The translations under genes were made by a program, and so were the position numbers. Below are positions 9,127 through 18,563 of a stretch of DNA of 64,000 bases, one piece after another. A model generated the notes under the pieces. The model had not been told where the DNA came from, searched no databases, and saw only the letters and a list, made by a program, of their open reading frames with translations. The stretch is from the NCBI GenBank assembly GCA_038321865.1, contig JBBQFH010000009.1:49711-113710 (forward strand), given 5' to 3'. Position 1 is the stretch's first letter. Each line of letters begins with the position of its first letter. The stretch is from Gemmatimonadales bacterium (GTDB lineage: Bacteria; Gemmatimonadota; Gemmatimonadetes; Gemmatimonadales; GWC2-71-9).

Positions 9127-9950
9127 TCGACGTCGACGCCGCCGAAGGCGGTCGCGAGGGCGAGATCGATGTGACGGGATGCGCGGGCATAACCCGGAGA
9201 AAGATACACCTTCCCCTGCCGTGTCCAGCCTCCGCTGGAAAAACTGGACAGGAATCGGTCTACCGTCAGGCGGACGCCGAGGCCGCGCGGAATACGGAGG
9301 GTGAGCGCGCCGATCGCCAGGTGAACATCCAGCCTCGCGTCTGCCGGCCACGCTCCGGTCAGGTCGAGCAGCGTCGTACCCACGCCGCCGTCGAACCGCA
9401 CCAGCTGACATCGGGCATTGCCGAGCGCGAGCAGCGAAATGTCCGCCGCCCCCGCGCTCAGGTCGGCGCGCTCGCAGCGGGACGAGTTGGGTCGGGAAAA
9501 ACGGACGGTCGTCCGGCTCGCGCCGGTGGAAAGGCGCAGCCGGGTGAGCTGGAGCCCGCCGAGCTCGATATCGCCGTCGCCCGCTCCCAGCTCCAGCGCG
9601 AGGCTGAGCGCCACCCGGGACGAGAGCGCGAGAAATCCGCTCTGCTCGACTCGGCGGCGCGAGGACACGCGGAACCCGGTCCCGACGCTCTCAAGTCCGA
9701 GCCGCGCGACACCTGCCGCGGCGTCGAACGCGCTCACTGGAGCGAAGCGGTCGGAATCGTAGGTCACATGCATCCGATACAGGTCGCCGGCGGCCGACGG
9801 CACGATACGGAGACTGCCCGCCTCGTAGGCCACCCGCGCCTCCAGCCGGCTTTCACCGTGGAGTTGCCGTGACGTGGTAAAGTCCCGTGTCGTCTGCGCC
9901 GCCGCGGTCACCGGCGCGAAAAGCGCGAACGCGAGCGCCAGACGGCTCAC
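9114..9950 (-). CDS. Exported hypothetical protein with repetitive beta-strand (LiaF/DUF2154-like) domain
   Basis: Signal peptide ending AAAQ; repeated L-x-G-A-G-x-x-x-L units; GTGA overlap with upstream stop. Confidence 0.65.
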   Translation of the reverse strand: MSRLALAFALFAPVTAAAQTTRDFTTSRQLHGESRLEARVAYEAGSLRIVPSAAGDLYRMHVTYDSDRFAPVSAFDAAAGVARLGLESVGTGFRVSSRRRVEQSGFLALSSRVALSLALELGAGDGDIELGGLQLTRLRLSTGASRTTVRFSRPNSSRCERADLSAGAADISLLALGNARCQLVRFDGGVGTTLLDLTGAWPADARLDVHLAIGALTLRIPRGLGVRLTVDRFLSSFSSGGWTRQGKVYLSPGYARASRHIDLALATAFGGVDVEWVN

Positions 9951-11230
9951 GGCCCGCCGATCGGGCTGCGGGCCCCGCCCGGGCGTCGCACCGCCGGCAC
10001 ACCGAATTGCGGCGTGGCCCACAGGTATTCGTCGGTGAGGGCCTCCGGCGGGATGATCCGTCCAGCGAAGTTTTCCCGGAGGCCCGCCCGGCTCAGCAGT
10101 GCCGCGCCGAATCCCGCGGTGCCGAGGAGCCAGGTGACGAGGATGGCGGCGCCGCGGATCAGGTCCCCGGCGACGGGCACCCACCCGAACAGCGCCCACG
10201 CCGCCCAGAGCGCGAGCGTGGCGACCAGACCGGTCGTCAGGAAGCGATAGCTGCTGGGCGCGCCCATCGTCACGCCCCGCGCCATGCGACGGCGGACGTA
10301 GGTCTCACCCATCGCGTGCGCCACCGCGAGATAGCCGCCCACGATGGCGATCACGGCAAGCAGGACGTAGGCGACGACGGCAAAAGGCAGCAGCAGAATC
10401 CCCGCCACGCTCAGGACCAGCCCGACCACCACCATGCCGAACGTCGGCAGCAGCAGCACCTGCCCGAGCAGTCCCGTCACGAAGGCGCGCCCGAAGGAGT
10501 GCGAGACCGTGTCCGACACGATCTCGAGATTGTGATGCCCGAACGTCGCGAGCCCCAGCCCGAGGAACGCCAGCGTCATGGCCACGCCGGCGAGACCGGC
10601 CAGCCGCCGAACGGTCAGCGCCAAAGCCGACACCGGCGCGCCGGCCGCTGCCGCGGGCACCGCCGCGCTCAGCGTCCGGATCTCACCGTCCACCACGCCC
10701 CCGTCAACCACCCGGGCGACACCGTGCACGACCAGCACGTCGCCGGCGATGACCGCGCCGGGGTGCACGGTCACATTGCCGTCGAGCGCCACCAGATTGC
10801 CCTGCACGCGCCCGTAGATGTCGGCATCGCCGCGCACCACGAGCAGATGCCCCCGGACCGTCTGGTCGGAGCCCACGCTGTAGTTGCCAAGGCGCGCCTG
10901 TCCGTTGGGGACCGTGACGCGGATCTGGGATTCGGCCAGACGATTCAGCGGGGCGAAACGGGACTCGATCGCGGCGGGCCGGCTGAGATCGCTCAAATCG
11001 ATGGTGAGGTCGGAGGGACCGGCCGGCGGCATCGGCTGTGGATGCGCCGCGGGGGCCTGGCCCGGGCGCGGTCCGTCCTGCGCCTCGTGATCACCTCGCA
11101 GCTGCTGGATGATTCCCCAGATGTCCCGCGCCGCGGTCAGCGCCGCCGTGCCGCGGTCGGCGGCGGCAGCGGGGCGGGAGATCGCGAGCAGCAGCGCGAG
11201 TGTCGCGAACGCCCGGTTACGCGCGCGCAT
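9947..11230 (-). CDS. Membrane protein with N-terminal bactofilin-like beta-solenoid and C-terminal TM bundle
   Basis: Signal peptide; V-x-G-x-V/L repeats (VRGHLLVVRGDADIYGRVQGNLVALDGNV); about 5 C-terminal TM helices. Confidence 0.7.
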   Translation of the reverse strand: MRARNRAFATLALLLAISRPAAAADRGTAALTAARDIWGIIQQLRGDHEAQDGPRPGQAPAAHPQPMPPAGPSDLTIDLSDLSRPAAIESRFAPLNRLAESQIRVTVPNGQARLGNYSVGSDQTVRGHLLVVRGDADIYGRVQGNLVALDGNVTVHPGAVIAGDVLVVHGVARVVDGGVVDGEIRTLSAAVPAAAAGAPVSALALTVRRLAGLAGVAMTLAFLGLGLATFGHHNLEIVSDTVSHSFGRAFVTGLLGQVLLLPTFGMVVVGLVLSVAGILLLPFAVVAYVLLAVIAIVGGYLAVAHAMGETYVRRRMARGVTMGAPSSYRFLTTGLVATLALWAAWALFGWVPVAGDLIRGAAILVTWLLGTAGFGAALLSRAGLRENFAGRIIPPEALTDEYLWATPQFGVPAVRRPGGARSPIGGP

Positions 11231-11825
11231 GGGAGACCGGCCCGCTCGGCACCGCCATCAGCTTCCGCAGGGCGAAGAGCCCGCTCACGTAGGCCAGCGA
11301 CAACAGCGCCGAGATCGCCGCGAGCCGAGCTGGTGAGCCGAGGGCTTCCCGCAGGCCGGCATACCACGGCTGCTGAATGATGCCGGAGACCAGCGCCCGC
11401 ATGCCGCCCCAGGCCCACGCGGCCGCCGTGCCCGAGATCCAGGTCCCGGCGGCCGCGATCGCCTGTGGATGCGACAGGCTCCACCCGACGCTCGCTGCCA
11501 TCGAGCCCAGCACGACCACCGCGATCATGGCGGCGGCGGCGATCGCCTTCCGCGTGCCGAAGAGCCGCCGGCGCGCGCTCTGCATGGACCGGAGGGCGAA
11601 CGGATCCGGGACGGCGACCGACGCCATGACGCGGTCGGCAAATCCGGCGGACGGGCTGAACGCGGTGAGCGCGGCAAGATGGCGGGCGAGGATTCGTTCG
11701 GTCCGGGCGGTATCACGACACTCGTCGCAGGCATCGAGGTGCGCCTGCTCCGATTGGCCGAGGTGTCCGGCCAGCCAGGCATCGAGGTCGTCGAGCGACA
11801 GATGCGCGTCGGGGCGTCGGTTCAT
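11217..11825 (-). CDS. Zinc-binding (ZAS) transmembrane anti-sigma factor
   Basis: HLDACDEC (HxxxCxxC) followed by TM helices; directly downstream of ECF sigma. Confidence 0.82.
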   Translation of the reverse strand: MNRRPDAHLSLDDLDAWLAGHLGQSEQAHLDACDECRDTARTERILARHLAALTAFSPSAGFADRVMASVAVPDPFALRSMQSARRRLFGTRKAIAAAAMIAVVVLGSMAASVGWSLSHPQAIAAAGTWISGTAAAWAWGGMRALVSGIIQQPWYAGLREALGSPARLAAISALLSLAYVSGLFALRKLMAVPSGPVSHARA

Positions 11826-11838
11826 GAGTGAGCCCTCC

Positions 11839-11865
11839 TACGGGGCCGTTCCAGCGAAGGTTTCA
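11839..11865 (-). promoter_or_regulatory. ECF (SigW-like) promoter upstream of anti-sigma gene
   Basis: TGAAAC-N17-CGTA; the TGA is the sigma gene stop codon. Confidence 0.65.
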
Positions 11866-12468
11866 CTGCTTCAGGTGCGCCAGACTGAGTCGCAATTCGT
11901 TCCGTGCGCGGTGGATGTAGGTCTTCACGGTGCCGAGGGGAAGTCCGAGGATCTCGGCGATTTCCTCATACGCCCGGCCTTCGACATGACGCAGGAGAAT
12001 GCAGGACCGGTATTCCGGGCGCAGCCGCGCGATCGCGACCTCGATCTCCCCGCCCAGCTCGCGCGCCTCGACCTCCTCGAGCGCCGTCTCCTGGCGGTCG
12101 CCGATCTGCAGCGCGGTCGCCTCGATCGCTTCGGGAGTCTCGGCGTGAGGGGATCCGTCGAGCGAGAGCGTGTCCAGCTCGCGCCGCCGGAGATGATCGA
12201 TCGCCGCGTTGTTGGCGATCTTGAAGATCCAGGAAGAAAACTTGAACTCGGGGCGGTACGACTCGATCGCGTTGAGCGCCTTGACGAACGTCTCCTGCGC
12301 CAGGTCTTCGGCCAGCTCACGGTCGCGCACCATCCGGTAGACCAGTGAGAAGATCGGACGCTCGTAGCGGCGCACCAGTTCGCGGTAGGCCGTCTCCTGC
12401 CCGTGGCGTGCCAGCGCCACGACCTCCTGGTCGGTGGCGCCCGCCAGATCGACGCGGCCGCTAGGCAT
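11863..12468 (-). CDS. ECF RNA polymerase sigma factor (SigW/RpoE-like)
   Basis: AEDLAQETFVKA, FSSWIFKIANN, YEEIAEILGLPLGTVKTYIHRAR. Confidence 0.95.
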   Translation of the reverse strand: MPSGRVDLAGATDQEVVALARHGQETAYRELVRRYERPIFSLVYRMVRDRELAEDLAQETFVKALNAIESYRPEFKFSSWIFKIANNAAIDHLRRRELDTLSLDGSPHAETPEAIEATALQIGDRQETALEEVEARELGGEIEVAIARLRPEYRSCILLRHVEGRAYEEIAEILGLPLGTVKTYIHRARNELRLSLAHLKQ

Positions 12469-12521
12469 GGGGCCCCGGCACGCTTGCGGGGCCGGTTCGG
12501 GCAGGACTACATTCCGCGCCT

Positions 12522-13250
12522 ATGTTCGCCTCAAATCGTGAGTTACCGGTTTCCGGCGGGCCGGAGAAGCGGGCGTATGTGCGGGGGATGTTTACCGCCA
12601 TCGCTCCGACCTACGACCGCCTGAACCGTATCATGAGCCTGCGCCTCGACCTGCGGTGGCGGCGTGTGGCGGTGGAGCGCCTCGGCTGGGAGCGAGTTCC
12701 CGACGGAACCTTCCTCGATCTCTGCGCCGGGACGCTCGACTTCGCGGCAACGCTGGCGAGCCGGCCGGGCTTTCGCGGGCGCATCGTCGGCGCCGATTTC
12801 GTGCAGCGCATGCTGCAGTTCGGACGGCACAAGTCCACCCGCGTGACGCCGGTGACGGCCGATGCGCTTGACCTGCCGTTTCCGGACGCCACCTTCGATG
12901 GCGTCATGATGGGCTGGGGTGCCCGCAATCTTGCCGACCTCGATGCGGGCCTCTCGGAGGCCGCCCGCGTGCTCGCGCCCGGCGCGCGGCTCGTGATGCT
13001 CGAGATGAGCACCCCGCCGTCGCAGCCGATGCGGGGTCTCTATCTCGCGTACTTCGAGCGCCTGCTTCCACTGGTCGGCCGGATGATCTCGAAACATAGG
13101 AGCGCCTACAACTGGTTGCCAGAGTCGGCACGGGTCTTCCCCGAGCCGGCGGCGCTGGCCGTCCGGCTCGAGCGGGCCGGGTTTCGCGACGTCTCCTTCA
13201 CCAGTTTCATGGGCGGGGTCACCGCCCTGCACGTCGCTACCCGGACCTGA
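12522..13250 (+). CDS. menG: Demethylmenaquinone methyltransferase (UbiE/MenG)
   Basis: MFTAIAPTYDRLN, LDLCAGT, LPFPD, RVLAPGARL, AYNWLPES. Confidence 0.88.
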   Translation: MFASNRELPVSGGPEKRAYVRGMFTAIAPTYDRLNRIMSLRLDLRWRRVAVERLGWERVPDGTFLDLCAGTLDFAATLASRPGFRGRIVGADFVQRMLQFGRHKSTRVTPVTADALDLPFPDATFDGVMMGWGARNLADLDAGLSEAARVLAPGARLVMLEMSTPPSQPMRGLYLAYFERLLPLVGRMISKHRSAYNWLPESARVFPEPAALAVRLERAGFRDVSFTSFMGGVTALHVATRT

Positions 13251-13272
13251 CGCGCCCACCTGAGGAGTCGGC

Positions 13273-14754
13273 ATGGCGATCGACAATCTGCGCGAGTTCA
13301 TCAGGGCCATCGACGGCATCGGGGAGCTCGCGCGCGTCACACACCCGGTGCGCGCGCGGCTCGAGGTCGCCGAGATCGCCGATCGCGCCATGAAGAGCAA
13401 GGCGGGCGGACCTGCGCTGCTGTTCGAGCACGTGCTCCTCGACGACGGCTCGCGGAGCCCGCACCCCGTTGCCATCAACCTCTTCGGCTCGATGCGCCGC
13501 ATGTGCCTGGCGCTCGGCGTCGAGAACCTCGACGAGATCGGCGGCCGCATCTCCGAGCTGCTGGAGATGAAGGTGCCGGAAGGGCTGTTCGGCAAGCTGG
13601 CCATGCTGCCCAGGCTCGCGGAAGTCGCGAAGTTCCCGCCCCGCATCAGGAGCGGGCGGCCACCCTGTCAGGAAGTCGTGCTGCGGGGGACCGAAATCGA
13701 TCTGGGCCGAATTCCGTTTCTGACCACCTGGCCCGGCGATGGCGGCCCCTACATCACACTGCCGATGGTGATCACGACCGATCCCGCGCGCGGCACCCGA
13801 AACGTCGGCATGTATCGCGTCCAGGTGCTCGGCCGCGACACGCTGGCCATGCACTGGCAACGGCACAAGGTCGGCGCAGCCCACTGGCGCGAGATGGCGA
13901 CGCGCGGCGAGCGCATGCCCGTGGTGATCGCCCTCGGAGGCGATCCGGCCAGCGTCTACTCCGGCTCGGCCCCGCTCCCGCCGACCATCGACGAGTTCAT
14001 TTTCGCCGGCTTCATCCGGCGCTCGCCGGTGGACCTGGCACGCGCCGTCACCTGCGACCTCGACGTGCCGGCCGAGTCCGAGATCGTGATCGAAGGATAC
14101 ATCGACCCCGCCGAAGCGCTGGTGCTGGAGGGACCATTTGGTGACCACACGGGGTTCTATTCGCTGGCCGATCTGTATCCCCGCGTCCACGTCACCGCGG
14201 TCACGATGCGGCGCGACCCGGTCTACGCCGCGACTCTCGTGGGCCGGCCGCCGATGGAGGATTACTACCTCGGCCACGCCACCGAACGAATCTTTCTTCC
14301 GCTGCTCCGGCTGACGGTGCCGGAGATCGTAGACTACCACATGCCCGCGCCCGGCATCTTTCACAACCTCGTGTTCGTGGCGATCGACAAACAGTATCCA
14401 GGCCAGGCCTACAAGGTGATGAACGCGATGTGGGGCCAGGGGCTGATGTCGCTCGCCAAGGTGCTGGTGATCGTGGACAAGGATGTAAACGTCCGGGATC
14501 CCGACGAGGCGTGGTGGGCCGCGCTCAACAACATCGATCCGGAGCGCGACGTGCGCTTCTCCATGGGGCCGGTGGACGTGCTCGATCACGCCAGCCGCGC
14601 GTTCACCTACGGGAGCAAGATGGGCATCGACGGCACGCGGAAGTGGAAGGAAGAGGGCTTCGATCGTGAATGGCCCGGCGTGATCGTGATGGACCCCGCC
14701 ACGAAGCAGCGCGTGGACGAGATGTGGCCGAAGCTCGGGATCACGCTCTCGTGA
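13273..14754 (+). CDS. ubiD: UbiD-family decarboxylase (menaquinone pathway, MqnL-like)
   Basis: RNVGMYR, EGPFGDHTGFY, GRPPMED, IDKQYPGQA, KMGIDGT. Confidence 0.93.
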   Translation: MAIDNLREFIRAIDGIGELARVTHPVRARLEVAEIADRAMKSKAGGPALLFEHVLLDDGSRSPHPVAINLFGSMRRMCLALGVENLDEIGGRISELLEMKVPEGLFGKLAMLPRLAEVAKFPPRIRSGRPPCQEVVLRGTEIDLGRIPFLTTWPGDGGPYITLPMVITTDPARGTRNVGMYRVQVLGRDTLAMHWQRHKVGAAHWREMATRGERMPVVIALGGDPASVYSGSAPLPPTIDEFIFAGFIRRSPVDLARAVTCDLDVPAESEIVIEGYIDPAEALVLEGPFGDHTGFYSLADLYPRVHVTAVTMRRDPVYAATLVGRPPMEDYYLGHATERIFLPLLRLTVPEIVDYHMPAPGIFHNLVFVAIDKQYPGQAYKVMNAMWGQGLMSLAKVLVIVDKDVNVRDPDEAWWAALNNIDPERDVRFSMGPVDVLDHASRAFTYGSKMGIDGTRKWKEEGFDREWPGVIVMDPATKQRVDEMWPKLGITLS

Positions 14755-14767
14755 TCGGCCGCAGCGC

Positions 14768-15664
14768 GTGACGGCCCTCCGCGAGGGTCAGACGTTCGCC
14801 GGCGAGTCGCTGCTTGTCCGCTATGTCAATTTCGTCAGGCTGCCGCACACCCTGTTCGCGCTGCCGTTCGCGCTACTCGGCGTCATCGCCGCCTCGCGGC
14901 ATGCTGTGGTCGGCGCTCGCGTCATCGCGCTCGTCGCCGTGGCCTTCTCGGCGGCCCGCTGGGTCGCGATGGGGTTCAACCGCATTGCCGATCGCCGGTT
15001 CGATGCGGAAAATCCGCGGACCCGGGGGCGAGAGTTGCCCCGCGGCGCGCTGACGCTCACGCAGGCCTGGGGCTCGGTCCTCATCGCGGGCGTCATCTTC
15101 GTCCTTGCGGCCGCCCTGCTCAATCCGCTCTGCCTGCTGCTCAGCCCGCTGGCGCTCGTGTGGGTCACGACCTACAGTCTCTCCAAGCGCTTCACCTGGT
15201 GGCCGCACCTGTGGCTGGGCGCCAGTCTCGCCATGGCGCCGGTCGGTGGATACCTCGCGGTGGCGGGACGCTGGAGCGATCCGGCGTGGGTCCTCCTCGC
15301 GGCCGCGCTCGCGGTCGCGACCTGGGTCGCGGGGTTCGACATGTTCTACGCCCTGCCCGACGAGGCGTTCGATCGTGCGCGCGGCCTCCGCAGTGCCGTC
15401 GTCCGGCTCGGCCAGCGCCGGGCCATTCTCGCGGCGAAGCTCCTCCACGGGGTCACCATTCCCGCACTGGCGCTCTTTGGTCATGGCGCGGGCTTCGGCG
15501 GCTGGTACTACGCCGGCCTGCTCGTCGCCGGCGCGATCCTGCTCTACGAGCACCGCCTCGTCCGCCCGGGCGAGCTCTCCCGGCTCGATGCCGCCTTCTT
15601 CACGATGAACGGCGTGATGTCGGTGACGGTCTTCGCGTTCGCGCTCACGGATCGGCTGCTGTGA
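14768..15664 (+). CDS. ubiA: UbiA-family polyprenyltransferase (MqnP-like)
   Basis: HTLFALPFA, NRIADRRFDAENPRT, GFDMFYAL, FFTMNG. Confidence 0.9.
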   Translation: MTALREGQTFAGESLLVRYVNFVRLPHTLFALPFALLGVIAASRHAVVGARVIALVAVAFSAARWVAMGFNRIADRRFDAENPRTRGRELPRGALTLTQAWGSVLIAGVIFVLAAALLNPLCLLLSPLALVWVTTYSLSKRFTWWPHLWLGASLAMAPVGGYLAVAGRWSDPAWVLLAAALAVATWVAGFDMFYALPDEAFDRARGLRSAVVRLGQRRAILAAKLLHGVTIPALALFGHGAGFGGWYYAGLLVAGAILLYEHRLVRPGELSRLDAAFFTMNGVMSVTVFAFALTDRLL

Positions 15665-16245
15665 CTCGCTACCCCATCGTCCTCGCCATCACCGGCGCAT
15701 CCGGCGCGCCCTACGCGGTTCGCCTGCTCGAGGTGCTGAGCCGGGCCGGCACACCCACCTGGCTGATCGTCACGGGACACGGGATGCGCCTGCTGGAGGC
15801 GGAGTGCGGCATTGCGAGCATCGAGGCCCTGCGCGCGGCAACCGGCGGCGACTGGGCTGGGGTGACCCACTTTCCCGACGGCGATCGCGGCGCCCTCCCG
15901 GCGTCGGGCTCCCAGCGCACGCATGCCATGGTGATCTGCCCCTGCTCGATGGGCACCGTCGCCGCCGTGGCCGGCGGGACCAGCCGCTCCCTCGTGGAGC
16001 GCGCCGCCGACGTCACGCTGAAGGAGCGCCGCAAGCTGATTCTCGTGCCCCGGGAGACGCCGCTCTCACTCGTCCATTTGCGGAACCTCGCGGCAGTCAC
16101 CGAGGCGGGCGCGATCGTGATGCCGGCCGCACCCGGCTTCTATCACCGGCCGACCCGCGTCGCCGAGCTGGTCGACTTCATGGTCCAGCGGGTGATCGAT
16201 CACCTCGATCTCGACATCGAGATCGCTCCCCGCTGGGACGGTTGA
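15661..16245 (+). CDS. ubiX: Flavin prenyltransferase
   Basis: AITGASGAPY, ASGS, PCSMGT, RAADVTLKERR, RETPL, PGFY; GTGA overlap. Confidence 0.94.
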   Translation: MTRYPIVLAITGASGAPYAVRLLEVLSRAGTPTWLIVTGHGMRLLEAECGIASIEALRAATGGDWAGVTHFPDGDRGALPASGSQRTHAMVICPCSMGTVAAVAGGTSRSLVERAADVTLKERRKLILVPRETPLSLVHLRNLAAVTEAGAIVMPAAPGFYHRPTRVAELVDFMVQRVIDHLDLDIEIAPRWDG

Positions 16246-16247
16246 GC

Positions 16248-16742
16248 GTGCGGCTCGGCGTCATTTCCGATACCCATGGCCTCCTCAGGCCCGAGGTGTT
16301 CGAGGCCTTCGCGGAGGTGGATCACATCCTTCACGCGGGAGACGTGGGCTCGCCGGCCCTGCTGGCGGAGCTCGAGGCGATCGCCCCGGTCACGGCGGTA
16401 TACGGCAACACCGACGGGTTCGATCTCCGCGCCCAGCTGCCCGCCGTTGCCAGGCTCCGGCTCGACGGCTTCGATATCGTTGTGACGCATGGGGATCAGG
16501 TGGGGTCACCGACGCCCGAGAAGCTCAATGCCGCGTTTCCGGACGCCGAAATCATCATCTACGGCCACACCCACCGCCCCTTGCTGACGACGGTGGATGT
16601 GATCGTGACGGTCATGAATCCGGGAGGTGCGGGCCCCACCCGCTTCAATCTCCCCCCCTCGGTGGGCATCATGGAGCTAGAGGCCGGAATCCCTCCCCGC
16701 GCGCGCCTGGTACCGCTGCTCGATTTCGAGCCCGAGGAGTAG
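16248..16742 (+). CDS. Metallophosphoesterase (YfcE/MJ0936 family)
   Basis: ISDTHG, HAGDV, GNTD, THG, GHTH, NPG. Confidence 0.9.
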   Translation: MRLGVISDTHGLLRPEVFEAFAEVDHILHAGDVGSPALLAELEAIAPVTAVYGNTDGFDLRAQLPAVARLRLDGFDIVVTHGDQVGSPTPEKLNAAFPDAEIIIYGHTHRPLLTTVDVIVTVMNPGGAGPTRFNLPPSVGIMELEAGIPPRARLVPLLDFEPEE

Positions 16743-16747
16743 CGCCG

Positions 16748-17224
16748 TCAGGGTTTCGTCGGCATGGCCGGGACGGCGGCTGTGGCCGAGACCGGCGGAT
16801 CCTCGGGCGGGGTCTGGCTGAGTGGCCCCATTCCCACGCCGATGATCTGTCCCCTGGGGTTCATCACCCACCGAAGCACCAGCGGCTCCGAAAGGTTCTC
16901 GAACTCTCCCTGATGCCAGAACTGCGGATTGCCTCGCCGCCGCGTCATCCGCTCTTCCGTCACCTTCTTCTCGGCACCGGCGCGCGCCGCTACCTGGTCC
17001 CGGGTCTCCAGTATCCCCTCGGCGCCCTTCAGCGCCAACTGCGTTTCCGGCGCCATGTGCGAGAGCAGGCTGTCGGTCTGTCCGGTGAAGAACCACTCCG
17101 TGAAGTGCTTGCCAAGCTTGAGATAGTCGGCGTCGGTGAGGGCGGGCGGTACGGCCTGGGCGCCGGCGGTTCGAGCGAACAACAGCGCGCAGGTGGCGCC
17201 GGAAACGAAGATGGATGGACGCAA
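16748..17224 (-). CDS. Exported hypothetical protein
   Basis: TTG start behind GGAGG; signal peptide ending AGA-Q. Confidence 0.7.
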   Translation of the reverse strand: MRPSIFVSGATCALLFARTAGAQAVPPALTDADYLKLGKHFTEWFFTGQTDSLLSHMAPETQLALKGAEGILETRDQVAARAGAEKKVTEERMTRRRGNPQFWHQGEFENLSEPLVLRWVMNPRGQIIGVGMGPLSQTPPEDPPVSATAAVPAMPTKP

Positions 17225-17253
17225 CAGGACCTCCGGACAGGGTATGGCGGCCG

Positions 17254-17280
17254 TACGGAGAGGTGACTGACTTTGTTTCA
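17254..17280 (-). promoter_or_regulatory. ECF (SigW-like) promoter
   Basis: TGAAAC-N17-CGTA upstream of 17224. Confidence 0.65.
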
Positions 17281-17297
17281 GGACGAAACGAAGGGGC

Positions 17298-17693
17298 CTA
17301 GCGCTCGTAACCGGTCAAGCCGTAGAGGAGCAGGGCCAGGACGATCGCGGTGATGATGACATAGGTGCGATCGCGCTGGCGGGCGAACGCCAGCAGCGAG
17401 AAGGCGACTCGCGCGATCGGGGTGGCGATCAGGGCCAGCAGCCCCAGCTGAATGATTCCGCGGCCATCCCCGGTGCGAGCCGAACCGATCACTCCCCCGA
17501 CACTTTTCAGCTCGGCCGGCTGGCCCCGGAACAGGTGATAATCGGCGTGAGTGCCGCCGTAGCGGGCCAGGTACAGCACGCCGCCGACCAGCGCGATCGC
17601 CGCGGCTGCCAGCACCCCGTAGCGCAGCAAATTGCCGACGAGCATTTCGACGTGTTCGTCGGTCCAGCGGCTCTGCGGGTCCGGTCCGCTCAT
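17298..17693 (-). CDS. DUF1634-family membrane protein
   Basis: LLRYGVL, GLLALIATPIARV; typical partner downstream of TauE/SafE. Confidence 0.82.
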   Translation of the reverse strand: MSGPDPQSRWTDEHVEMLVGNLLRYGVLAAAAIALVGGVLYLARYGGTHADYHLFRGQPAELKSVGGVIGSARTGDGRGIIQLGLLALIATPIARVAFSLLAFARQRDRTYVIITAIVLALLLYGLTGYER

Positions 17694-18526
17694 AGCGACC
17701 CCGTGATTCCCTTGTAGAGCATCTCGATCGCCATGACCACCACCACCACGTTGAAGATCCGGCGGAGCACGCTGGTGTGCGCACCCGCGAGAATCCGGGC
17801 GCCAAGCATCGCGCCCGCCAGCACCCCGAGCATGACCGGCATCGCCAGTCCGGGATCGATGTATCCCCGGCTCAGGTAGATACCCGCGCTGGCGGCCGCG
17901 GTGACGCCGATCATGAAGTTGCTCGTCGTCGTCGAAACCTTGAACGGCAGATGCATCGCCTGGTCCATCGCCAGCACCTTCACGACACCGGAGCCGATGC
18001 CGAGCAGCCCGGACAGGATGCCGGCTACGAACATGAGGCTGAATCCCGTCGGGACGCCCTGGACGGAATAGGCTTGCCGGCCCTCGGGAGTGGGATAGGT
18101 GCCGTTGAGCCGGAGCCGCGCCGCCCAGCGGTCGGGCGGGCCGGTGGTCACATGCTCCACCCGCGGCCGCGTGGAGCGGTAGGCCGAATAGAGCAGGACC
18201 AGGCCGAAGACGATCGCGATGGCACTCGGCGCCACGAGCGCCGCTACGAACGCCCCCACCAGCGCGCCGACGGTGGTCGCGATTTCCAGTACCATTCCGA
18301 TGCGGATGTTGGTGTACCCCTCGCGCACGAATGCCGCCGCCGCGCCGGATGACGTTGCGATCACTGAGACGAGCGAGGCGCCGATGGCGTAGCGAATGTC
18401 CACGCCGAAGACCAGCGTGAGCAGGGGCACGATCACCAGTCCGCCGCCGAGTCCGGTAAGGGCGCCGAGCACGCCGGCGGCAAAGGAGCCGAGCCCGATG
18501 AGCAGCGTAAGGATGAGGACTGACAC
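17690..18526 (-). CDS. TauE/SafE (TSUP) family permease
   Basis: GALTGLGGG, ASLVSVIATS, GLLGIGSG, TTTSNFMIGVT; GTG start at 18526. Confidence 0.88.
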   Translation of the reverse strand: MSVLILTLLIGLGSFAAGVLGALTGLGGGLVIVPLLTLVFGVDIRYAIGASLVSVIATSSGAAAAFVREGYTNIRIGMVLEIATTVGALVGAFVAALVAPSAIAIVFGLVLLYSAYRSTRPRVEHVTTGPPDRWAARLRLNGTYPTPEGRQAYSVQGVPTGFSLMFVAGILSGLLGIGSGVVKVLAMDQAMHLPFKVSTTTSNFMIGVTAAASAGIYLSRGYIDPGLAMPVMLGVLAGAMLGARILAGAHTSVLRRIFNVVVVVMAIEMLYKGITGSL

Positions 18527-18563
18527 GCGCGGAAGGTATTCGCAGCCGGGGAGAGTGTCGAGC

